A stretch of DNA of 64,000 nucleotides from an uncultured virus (IMG/VR IMGVR_UViG_3300008108_005860) (lineage: Duplodnaviria; Heunggongvirae; Uroviricota; Caudoviricetes). The translations under genes were made by a program, and so were the position numbers. Under the pieces are notes generated by a model. That model worked only from the letters and a program-made list of their open reading frames with translations. It did no database searches and was not told where the DNA came from. Position 1 is the first letter of the stretch. The number at the start of each line of letters is the position of its first letter. Location of the stretch: the IMG/VR virus record IMGVR_UViG_3300008108_005860; one strand, 5' to 3'. This document shows, piece by piece, positions 39,101 through 51,100 of the stretch.

Positions 39101-42100
39101 ATCCTGCCATTCAGTGGGCTGGAAAATCCTGCGCCTGTGTTGTCTTGGCCAGGTATGGTATACACTGTCAAGTCTAAAGTGTCAAACACCGCACCGGGTA
39201 CCAGTTCCTCTGGAGCGTGGCTGCTGTAGGTATCTACATAGGCACCACCATACACATTGACATCCCAGGCATTCAACGCAGGTATGATTCCAGTGCTGCT
39301 GTCCAAGGGATATGCGCCGCCGTTGATTATGGTTTGTAGTCTTCCGCTATCGGATTCAAAAGGATCAGTGCTCCAAGGACCTGTGTCCCAGGTACCCAAG
39401 TATCTGCGATCAGTGATCACACCAGGATAGGTCAATCCAGTGATCAGTTGATCCAGGATCAGTCCTGGCTGTCCAGGTGCGCCAGTATAGTAACCGTAGG
39501 TGCGATCTACTCCTTCAAGGTCGCCTGGAGGAACTGTTGTCCAGTGATTAAAATCAAACTGTGTGTTTTGATTATAGTCAAATCTGCTGCGATAAACCAC
39601 TCCAGAAAATTTAGTCAGTTCGCCTTCACGATACACAAATCCCGGAATCCACTCTGTGAAACTGGGTCGCAGATTCATACGATTGTAAATCAAGGATGTG
39701 TCAAAACTGCGCACTGGTCCGGAACTGGTCACTGGATAGGCAGTGGCCTGCGTGCCCGAATCTTGATCAGGCGCAGCGATGGTTATCGTGGGCTGTGAAA
39801 GATATCTGCCACCGAGATAATTTATCAATATGTTTGAGATGCTGCCATTGCCGTTTAGGATAGCAGTGGCCCTGGCAGAATCTGCTGTGGTTCCGTTGAT
39901 GGTCACAGCAGGAGGTACTGTATATCCACTGCCTGGATTGGTTACCATGATGTCTACTAGATACAGGCCATAGTTGTTGTACCAGTTGCGATAAGGCAGG
40001 GTGGCCCAGATTGGATTGATTTCAATGGTGCCTACTGCGGTGGTAGTTTCGTATTGGCCAGTGATACTGTAGGTAGATTGGCCCAAAGAGTTGTATCCAA
40101 TAAAGGAAACTACCTGCGTCCTTGGAGAGATAATACTGCCCACAAGATTAGCACCAATATAAATTGATCCTTTTAACATTTCCGTCACAGTCAGCACAGT
40201 GACACCACTACCTCCCGATGCTGTGATATAGCCTTCGAACTGAGCATAAGGACCAACACCGTAGATGCCATACTTGTCATAGTTCACATAGTCAGGATCA
40301 TTTTCCAATATGGGACTGATGTAAATGCCGTCAGCGGCATTGTAGGTTGCAGGTACATCAAAGTCTGTGATATCACCAGGATACACATCTGCCACAGTAG
40401 CGTAAACCAAACTAAAGTCTTTGATAAACACGTGATAAGGTTTGACTTCTTCTATGTAACCATACACAAAATCTTTGTTGTCTCGCTTGAATGTCCTGTA
40501 GGGCAATAACTTGCGTACAGGATGCGTAATATCGATCAGGGAAGTTTTGTAAAGCCAATTACAATCAATCTGCTCACCTAGTATAAAGTTAAACATCAGA
40601 CTCATCAGTTGATTGCGCAGGATCAGTCTGGAGCCTGTAAGTATCTCAAAGTTAATACTATCCACAATGTATCTAGTTTCCAACTTGGGATCTAATTCTG
40701 GGTCTCTCAGTTGGGAATAGTCATAGATCTCATTACTGATTTGTATAGTACCATTTTCTAAGCCTACCCTAGTAAATTCTGTTACTGTTACCCACTCCAG
40801 TGTCACGGGATCTCTGTAACTGTCTATCACTTTGTTCTGATACAGTTCAAATCCAATGGGATTATTTCTAGTGACTCTAACTACACCGTTGTCTGGCAAA
40901 GGTATCAGTTCTGCTTGGCTGAGATAATCTACTGTGAACAAAGGCCTTTGCAAAGGATCAAATCCTTCGGCATACCAGTTCACATATGACCAATATGCCG
41001 GAGTGTTGTATGTCTGCACACGGATCACTGTGGTTGTAGGAGTACCTGTAGAATCCAATGACACCTGATGTATGGTCCAGAAATTGTTATAACGATTGTC
41101 AAGGTCTACCAAATAACGATAGCCCACAGGAACCAACGAGAGATTCTGATATCCCAGCTCAGTCAAGTTGGCCACTTGCACATTCCACCACAGCTGTCCG
41201 TTGGCATCAGTTTGACCGTACTCGGGAGCCAATTCCTTAGAATCCAACAGTTCCATATTGGAATCTTCCACAAACGGGAAGGTCAACAATATTTCATTGG
41301 CAGTGGTAATGTAGTTTTTCAGTGCCAGGAATCTGTCACGGAACATACTTTGTCTAGGATTAAAGTTTATACCATACAGCATACCAGGAGGTAAGTTAGG
41401 ATCTGGTACTGTGTTACCCAGCGCGTCTATGCCTGACAGACTGTCCACAAACTTGGCATAGGTGGTATCGTCCATGAACTGTCTGGGATTATCCTGTTGG
41501 ATTAAATCATATTCCACGTGTATGTTGTTGTCTTGTGGAACCGTATCATAGGAGATATGTAAAACATTTTCTTGGGCTACGAAATCGTTACCGCTGTTAT
41601 AAATGGCCACAGTGCTGGGATTTATGGGTGCTAGATAACTTATGCCCGAACTTCTTGGATTAAAGATGTATTGAGCAATGGCAGCACAACTAAGAGTCTT
41701 GTTGGTGTAAGGTGGCACGCCTTCCAGGCCCGACACCCAGAAATAATACTTGGTAGCCACGCTATTGGTATCGGTAATGATCTGGTAGGCCGAATAACTG
41801 GTTAAACTGCGTGGTGTCCCGGGTCCTGTATAATCTGCCGGCGGTACATCGCTTTCAATCCATTGATATATGTCGATGCTGCTGCCGGGGAAGGTGCTAC
41901 CCCAAATTTTGGCAGCCTGGTTAATGTCTTGCAAGTGGTACTCTAGGAAACGCACACTGTTGATATCCCACCAGATGTATCCATATTGCGATTCGCCCCA
42001 ATTTACACCAAAGTTATTGATGTCGCCTACATTATAACCCGCCGGATCAGTGGCACTGATAAGATCGATATTCTGTTGTGCCGCTCCCAAGATCCTGCCT

Positions 42101-45100
42101 TGTATGGGATCAATGAAATCGAGATAGTTCAAAGTGATCTTAGATTGTTTATTGAATATGGTTACTTCGTTCAGCAGATGTATGTCTACTTCGTTGGGCT
42201 GCTGTCTTAGATTCTTCCATCCTGTGCGGCGACCCGAAAATACCAGTGTACGACCTTGCATGACATTGTCAACTTGATATCCCGGAGAACCCACAATGAT
42301 ATTGTCGCCTAATATGCTCACAGCATAGCCAAAATTTTGTCCTGCGCGAACCAAGTAGTCCACCAACTGTTGATCCCATACTAGTTTGCTGGGATTATCC
42401 TTGCTGGCATTGGCACTGACCAACAGATCATAAACATCTACCGATCCTGATTTGGCATAAAGATCATCAAATCTCGTTGTACGGCCGTCAAATGTTGTGG
42501 TATCTAGATCAAAGGTTGTCTCGGCAGCAGCAGTACCGAACTCACTGCTGATCACTGTTTGATTGGTAATCCAGTCTTGATCTATGCGGAAGCCGAATCT
42601 ACTGCCGTATGCAGGATAACTCCCGCCTATGATCTGCGCTCCAGCACCGTAATAAGGAGACAATCCCAACTGATACATGGCCCCAGAGGTGTAAGTTGTT
42701 TCCGTTCCAGGCAGCACACTTAATAATTCATTGGGAATAGCAGCATTGGCATTTATTACCGACAGTTGTAGTTTTCCTGCAGCATTAGCGGCCTGCAGAT
42801 TGGATATGCCTTGATTGTTAATTACATTTACAACTCCATCAAGGCTTCCATCAAATGCAGTGCCTTGGCTGGTACTGGCATTGTATGCTGGCGTTAATCC
42901 CGTGGTGTCAATGTATCGTAGGACCTGACCTCCACTAGCATAGTTGCCCCATCCTGTGCCATCAATGAATATGCCCACGGTACCACCGGGTCCAGTGTTG
43001 CCTATAGGCGATACTGGAAATATCAATGCTGGATCTGTATAAAGAACGAAACTGTTATAGGTGCTGCCTGATCCGTGATTGTATACTCCTATGTTGCCAG
43101 CATAAACCACTGTGTTGTTGATGGCAGCAGAATTGCTTTCCAATACCACTGCGGTACCTCTCGTGATATTTGGATTGGTGGAAGTCAGCACCAGGGTCTG
43201 TGCCACATTACCTTCAGTGGCCGACAAGATGTCAAATATACCAACGCCGCGGAACAGTTCCATCTGTGTAGTGCTATTGCCGTTGGCTTTTCTAGCCAGC
43301 CAATAAGGATTGGCAGTGGTATTGTTGACATTGGCTATGCCCTGCACTTGGGAAATTTCCACTGGATTGAACACCTGTATAGCCAGACCCAGATCGATAT
43401 TGGCTGCTACATTACTGGTGACCACTACTTTGCTGCTGGCTGTGACATTGCTAATAGTACCATAATCAAAAATGTTAAATGTAGTCGAACCCGTGACACG
43501 TACATAGTATGGTTTGTTATTGAGATTGAGAACGCCGCCATTTAGACCGTTGATGACAACTGTTTCGCCGTTGTAAAATCCATGCGGAGACGATGTTGTG
43601 ATGCTACAGACATTGGATAATGAAACCGATGTTATATTTGCAGCATCAAATTCTACATAATAGTTGTCGAGTCTTAGACTAGAGCCTGCTGTGACAACAG
43701 GATTAACTGTGGTCCCTGTGATGCTGCCATAAATTGCTGTTTGATTTTCGATCCTGGCTGCAAAACCTGCACCCAATACCGAAGTATTGCCGTTGGGCGC
43801 GCCTACCAAGATTGCAGATCCGCTGGAATTAAAACTTACTGCTGTGCCAAATTCGCTGCCGCTGGCATTAGACTGCGGATTGGTAACGATCTGGATAGTA
43901 GACAGTTTGTTGTAACTGATATCTACAATATCTCCCACAGAATCAATCACGCCTTCGTTGAATCTCACAGCAGTATTGCCTGTGTAATCCGTGCCCGATA
44001 CCGGTTCATAAACATAACTTCCAATGGTCATGCCTGTGTCAGGATATAATAATTGACCGTTGAGATAAACCTGCGGCTGACCAAGAATGGGAGAAGGAGT
44101 AGAGTACAGTCTAGTGCTGACATTACTGACCATGTGAGACACAGTGCCCCGGTCATAAACATAGGCCACACCGTCGGCATCTATGTCAATATTACTAGTG
44201 TTTGCATCTGCATCGCCCACCGCCAGCACTGAACCATCATTGTCAGTAGCGCAACTGATACCAAAAGACAGTCCTGCATGGTTGACAACATCTGTGACAG
44301 CGGTAAAATAATCTTGAGCCAAGTAAGTTACTGCCTGGGATGACGTAGCAGGCGGCGTAAAGTTAAAAACTATCTGACGATTAACATAATCATAGATGTA
44401 ATCTCCGTCTACGGCTGGAGAATTATTAAATCTCATTAGTTCGCCGTTGTAGTAAACTCCCACTGATTCGGGATCAGGAGTTGCGCCTGCCAGCATATCA
44501 ATGGGGAACGATCTAGTGATACCATTGGGTTTCAATGGATTGGCACCAAATCCCCAATATGCTGAATCAGGATCTGTGCCCCAGCGAGACACATATATCA
44601 TGTTGGTAAACGTGATATCTACATTGGTACCCGTGAGCGTGATAGCCCGATCAATGGTCACTGCATTATTGGTGGTATCAATGGATACAACTTTGCTGCC
44701 CACTGCTATACCCATGCCAGAAACTTGTTGTCCCGCAGCCAATCCATTGATGCTGGTAACTGTAAACACAGTTGAACCCGAAGTAATACTATCTACTGCT
44801 TGAATCACAGGAGCTGCCGGTGGTACACGGAAACTGATACGTGTGGCATTGGCTGTGTAATCTTGATTGTAGGCCTGTACTGTGCTGTTTAGAGTCACAG
44901 ACCACTGTGATCCACGATCAACCAGTACTTTATTGTCGGTTGGGAAAATAAACTGTACACCGTCACAGGTAAATTCAGTGGCTTGTTCCTGGAATCTATT
45001 ACGCTGATATGCCTGTACTTTTTTATCAACCGGATTGCTCACATAAAGCCAGTATGCATCTTGGCTGAATTTTATGTCGCCGGAGAATTTGCCATCTACG

Positions 45101-48100
45101 CCAGTGCTGCCGCCAGGCAATAACTGCCGTGGTTCAAATCCACGATCAGTTTTCTGCATGATCACAACACGGAAATCAGTGTTGAAACCAGGCACAGTAC
45201 CTAGTCCTACACTAAAGGCAGCCCAAATATTGCCAGAAGCATCGCCCACACGTCCAAAATCACTGTAGTTGGTCCAAACAGAAGGCACAGCCACAGGAGA
45301 CTCGGCAGTGTAAACATTGCCATCGAGATAGTAGGGTATGACCACTCCTGTGGTATAACTGCCTGGAGCACCTATCAATATGTTGGCATTATCGCTGGTT
45401 TGGCACACTGCTGAACCAAATAATTCTGTGCCAGCATATTCGTAATCTTTGATATCAGTATAAGGCGTTTGTTTTTCTAAAGTTTGCCAGCGGCCTGATC
45501 CATTGTTATCTACCCATACCTTGTTGGTCTTGGTCAAGTCAAACAATATAGGTAAATCGGCAATGTCGCTGGGCTGTGCCACGTGTACTGAAGACAGTTC
45601 AAAAACCACGCCTTCGCCCACAAGTGTGGTCACGCCGTCGGGCAATTGGCTGTCTATCAACACTGTGCTGGTACTAGGAACGCTGTTGACTCTGAACGCG
45701 CCCTGTAAATCTACATTGAATTCTTTGATGATTATGGTCTGATCTGCAGTAAGTCCGTGATTGCCAGAGAATATAAGTAGAGTCTGGCCATCCAGATTGT
45801 CTTGTGCCAAGACCAGTGTGTTGACTAGATTCTGGCATTTGTATACGTCCCAGTCCGATTGATTGATCTTGGCCACCCATACTTCTGCAAGATTGGTGAC
45901 TTTGTCTAATTCAGCACTTAGACTGTTGAGGTCGTCGATGCTGAACAACTGTATTTCAACATCGCGGCTGTCAACATATCCTGCCGTGGGCAAAAACTTG
46001 TCAGGGTATGTCTGTTGTAATTGTGGCAGTATCTGTGTGGTATTCACCGGCTGACTGACTGCATACAAGTCTGTGATCAATGTGGCTTGATCGGCTTCTG
46101 TGGATTCGCCCAGGACCACAAACTGGCTGGTACTGGGATTGCCGGTAAGTTTGGTAGCATCTAATGTAAAATCAACAAAGGCGTTGGTAGCCGTGGCACC
46201 ATAAGTGGCACGCTGTATAGCCCAGTTTTCGTAAACATCGTAACTGAGATCATCGCCATTGACCACTGCCTGATCGTAAAAATAAAGACTGCGCGGTGTG
46301 CCTTTGGTACCGATAAAATCTTGATAGGCATTCATTTGACTCACAGTATCAAGTTCGATACTGGCCATGTATTCTCTCGGGCGGAATCCTGTGAGTCCAA
46401 ATCCCAAAAGTTCTGAATCGGCGTCTAAGTTATCAGCGTGCTGATCGTAAAACTGTGTGCTTTGTATGGCCTTGAGGGCAAGGTTGGGCAGCATACCTTC
46501 TTGGTCTGGACGATAAACTATTTTGTTCCAAAGATTGTAATCAAATGTATCCGCAGGATCCACAGTGACATTGGCCTGATAATAAAAATTTTTGAACTTG
46601 ACCACTTGGCCTTTGGCATACTTTAGGCCCGAATCCCATTCGGTCACGCTGGGCAAGTTTATGATAAAGCCGGGTGCATCCATGGTGCCATCCCATTCGG
46701 CCGACTTGATACCTTGATATATCAAGCGCCCCTGGCGCAGTCCTGTCAATGGCTGATAAATGATATCATCAAAGTCTGTGACGTTGTCAACGATGATGAT
46801 ATGTTCATAGTTGGTGAGTTTGAGATTAACATATCCAACAGTGTTTTCATTCAGCGCAGTGAGTTCAAACAAGTTGCCATCTCTGTACACGCTGTAGTCT
46901 CGCAAACGCAGGGCTTGCTTGTTTTGATTGACCAGAATGTCTTCGCGTTTGGATTCCAGTAGATTCACTACCACTGCATTCTGTTTATAAAATTCTAATT
47001 TGGCGCTGCTGGGATTGAGCTGTATCAGTGCGCCTACGGCCCATCCTTGATTGTACCAGTACACAAATTCCTGTGCCATCTGCTCCCAGTTTAGCAGTAC
47101 AGTGTTTTCTAGTGTGTTATAAGCGAATCCCGATGTGTTCAAGAATTTGCCATAACTCAACAAGAAGTCTACCACTGCGTTAACACTGCGAAAGATATAA
47201 CCATAGGGAATCAAGACCACTGTGTCTGAAAAATCTTTTTGCATACGTATGGTAGTATTACCAATGTTCAGTGTGGTATAGTTGTTGTTGATGATGCTGG
47301 GCAGGATTTGGAAATACGGATTGGCTATGCTGTTGCCGTACACAGCCCAACCCGATTCGGTGCGTTCAATGGTCACTGCCGAATAGTTGATGCTGTCAAA
47401 CACTTCATTGCGATACAAAAGTATGTTGTAGTTTTCGTCAGGAATCAGCAGACTGCGATTGTAAGTGGCCGGACTTGTGCGATCACTCAGCAACTGCAGA
47501 TATCTTTTGTCAGTGAAACCTGCCACACGATAGGCCAATCGTATGTCTAGATTGTTGATCCTGGCTTCAAGATTGGCAGTACCGGGCAATCCATAACTCT
47601 TGTTGTAGTCAATAATGAAATTAACATAAGAATTAACTGCTGTGCCCTCGCCATAGATCTGTAAATCATTTGATGTCAGTCTTTGGCGACCGTTGTAGAG
47701 CCATTGATCAAATTCAGTGTTGAATTTATATTGATCCCGATCAATGTAATAGTTTAGATACTGAGCTGGCTTTAATAAAAACAAAAGTCTTTGTATGGCA
47801 AACGGCCAAGCAGAGGATTTGCGCCACGCTGTTTCTGCAGGCGATCCGCCACCAATGCTCCAATTGGCCTGATAAGTGGCTGGGTTGTAGTCTGCGACGA
47901 TGGTGGTAAAAGGCAACAACAGATTGCCCTGCGCATCCACAGGCAAGATGTCTAACAGGCCAGGACGTGCATAAACTGTGTCAATCCTGTCATTGCCTGG
48001 CTCGCGGATGCGGCCCGCGGCAATGTCTTCCCACATATAGAGATTACCTGAGGTATAAGGTGCTGGTCCATATTCAGCGTCCCACCATAGGGGCTTGTTG

Positions 48101-51100
48101 CTGAAACCCAGCATCTGCCAAGGAAAGTTCTGTGGCTCATCGGTGTCGTAAAACAACCAATAGATCTGGCGCCAGTAACCAGGCATGGGAATAGCATCAC
48201 CGGCGTCCAGTCCTTGGGGATACGTGATTTTAGCACCAGTCTGGCTGTAGTTCCAGGTTTTTTCGTTGGTGACCAAGAAATCTTGTTGCTTGTAGTCCAC
48301 ACGATTGCTGCCTAACCAGCGTACAAATTCATTGTTCAATATAGTCTGGCTATTGATATTGTCTGCTGTGACACCACGAAAGGCGCCAGGCAAAAATTCA
48401 TTGTAGTCTAGCGGATAGTCGGCGGTGCCCTTGATGTTGCTGTAGATACGTGTTTCGAATTCTAATAGTACCTGATCCCTGTAGTCGCCAAACGCAGGCG
48501 TGATTGAGCCGTCGTGTCCACGTATCACAGTGGTGGGAGTGGTATAGGTAGTGTCTACATATATCTCTGGAAAGTATGCAGGAAACAGTCTCAGACTGCT
48601 GGGAGTGGCAGGAACAAAGTTGCCATAGGTCTGTTGATATTCACGTATGACCACGATATCTTCGTCGGCCAGCACACTGGGTACCAGAGTCACAGTATTG
48701 GTCACAGTATCAACTACATAATCTCTGTCCCGGCACAGTATCACATCATTCACATACACATTCAAACCTTGATAATTGGCTTCGCTGTAATTATATGTGT
48801 AAATGAGATCAAAACTGGTGCTGCTTTCTTCGTACCAGGTATATGTGGTGCTTTCAAAAATACCTGCTGTAATACAATCACTCCAGTAAAAAGGATTATC
48901 GCTGGAACGATTGGACTTTAAGGCATCAATGGCCGAGTCTAATATTTCTGCTGTGGTTTCATTGATAAATTCGTTTTTCCAAACGTAATCTAAAACAAGA
49001 TCTTTATATCGTTGGTACTCCACAGCACTGTAATACAATGCGCTGGATATAGAATAATCCTGCTCGCGCAAGAATACTGCTGGTATGGCCAATGCAGCCG
49101 AGTGTTGTATAAGGTCGATGCCATAAGGCACTAGGTTGCCTAAATCGCGGCTGTTGTTGGCAGCCAGAACCTGACCTTCAAAGCCTTGTATATTTTGACA
49201 AATGCCTATATAATGATCTCGCAATGTGCCCAAGGTGCATTCTGTGACATCTTGATTGAGAGCATTTACTGTCAAATTAGTGGGCACTGAAAAATATCCT
49301 GTGCTGCTGGTCTGAGCGCTCAATGCTGCCACTACCACCAGACTGGTGGGCTCGGGATCAACTGCAAAAGTTATTTCGGTTTGTACGCCTGTACCGGCTC
49401 CGGATTGTGCATTTGGGTAAACTTCTAAATTACTGCCATCCAAGATTCTATAGGTATATGTTCCTGGATCCTGCAGCACATCATTGACTGATATGCGCAC
49501 GATGTTGGTGATGCTGGGATATTGATCTTGCTCCAGTACTGCAACATCTATCTTGATGCTGCCTTCGGTATAATCAAATTCAAAAATTTGCGGCTGCTGG
49601 CTCAGCAAAGGAACATTGGTAGTATTAGGTGTAAGGCTGGCAGTTTGATAACCTATCAATCTATCATAATTCACACGATCAGTATATTGATGTACAAATC
49701 CGGTGCGCAGTCCCACTAGATCTACAGTGAGATTATTGAGATAGGTAAACGAATCTCTGTAGAAATTAAAGAAAAATAGTATGTCTCCCACATTGTTGAC
49801 GCCGCTGTACTGCAGTGGAAATTTCAACACAGCGTCGGCCACTCCGGTGCCAACTGCATAACTGAACAGCGGAGATCCCACAAAGTTGGTGTCGGGATAC
49901 ACTGTGGCGTTGCTGAAACTGGTTCCGTCTTGATCAAAAACATCAAACAATGGTGCTTGATTGGGATGGGTCTTTTGCTGTGTCTGTTGGATGGTGCTCC
50001 ACTCACCGTTGCTGTAGTAAAAACTATAGCCCTGCTGGCTCTCACCCAAGGTACACACTGTGACCGATCCTTCGGCAGCCACTTGGCCTTCAATGGCTTC
50101 AAGATACAGTAGGCTTTGTCCACCCGGCACAGGAGTGATCTGCTGTACCAGATATACTTGCCGTGCGACTTCGGGATTTTCGTCCGCAGCAAAAATAACT
50201 TTCATTCCTGCAAACAACTCAATGCCGTCAATGGTAAAACTGGGCTGACCTGCCACTTGTGTAAAAGCATTGGTCACTGAGTAGTCTATCAAACTGATGG
50301 GCTCCAGTCCTTGGGTACCAAAGCGTATGAGTTTGATGTCAGGACGGAATTCCAAGATAGGACGCTTGCCGCGGAAGTTGTCGTCGATCACTGCCACGGT
50401 GCCGTTGATTTCGGCAGAATAAGTCAGCACATCCACGTGGAACCAACGGTTGCTCCTGGTCCAAGGATTTAGATCTCGGCTGGCGCGATTGATGGTCACA
50501 TAGTCTATGTCGGATCCAGGAACCAGTCTTGCTCCGTCCCACAGTGTGGTATCCCAAGGATAAACGTCCCAAGGAATAGGCTCACGTTGAACTGTGGCAG
50601 GATAATTGTAAATTTCAGGAATAACAAAATCATCCACTGGCAGCAATTTAATACCCCCAGCAGTGCCCACACCTTCTACATAAAAATCTCGATTCCTATA
50701 AAACGCAGGAGTGATATTGCCAACAAATTGGATACGCATACCATTGCTGAATGAGATTGTTTTGTTCCAGGTGGCAGGACTGACCAGCCGCACATTGTCA
50801 GTGGTATAGGTCTGCTTGCCTACAATTTGCTGTTCAACATTAAAAGACTGCAGTGTGGCAGGGGCAGTTAATCTTACAGTTTCGGGTCCTTGGAACTGCC
50901 AGTAATATTGATTGTAGTTGACTGACTTGTCCCAGTCGATGAAAAAATCCACAGCATAATATTCTTGCTCAAACAGTTCGTCAGGACGTGTGATAGGACC
51001 GTTTATTTTTTTCAGCGCATCAAGATATCCGGGATAGGTCAGTGCATCGATAACACGCCGGCTGCCGTCTTCCAAGAATATGGTGGCAGGTTCCAACTGA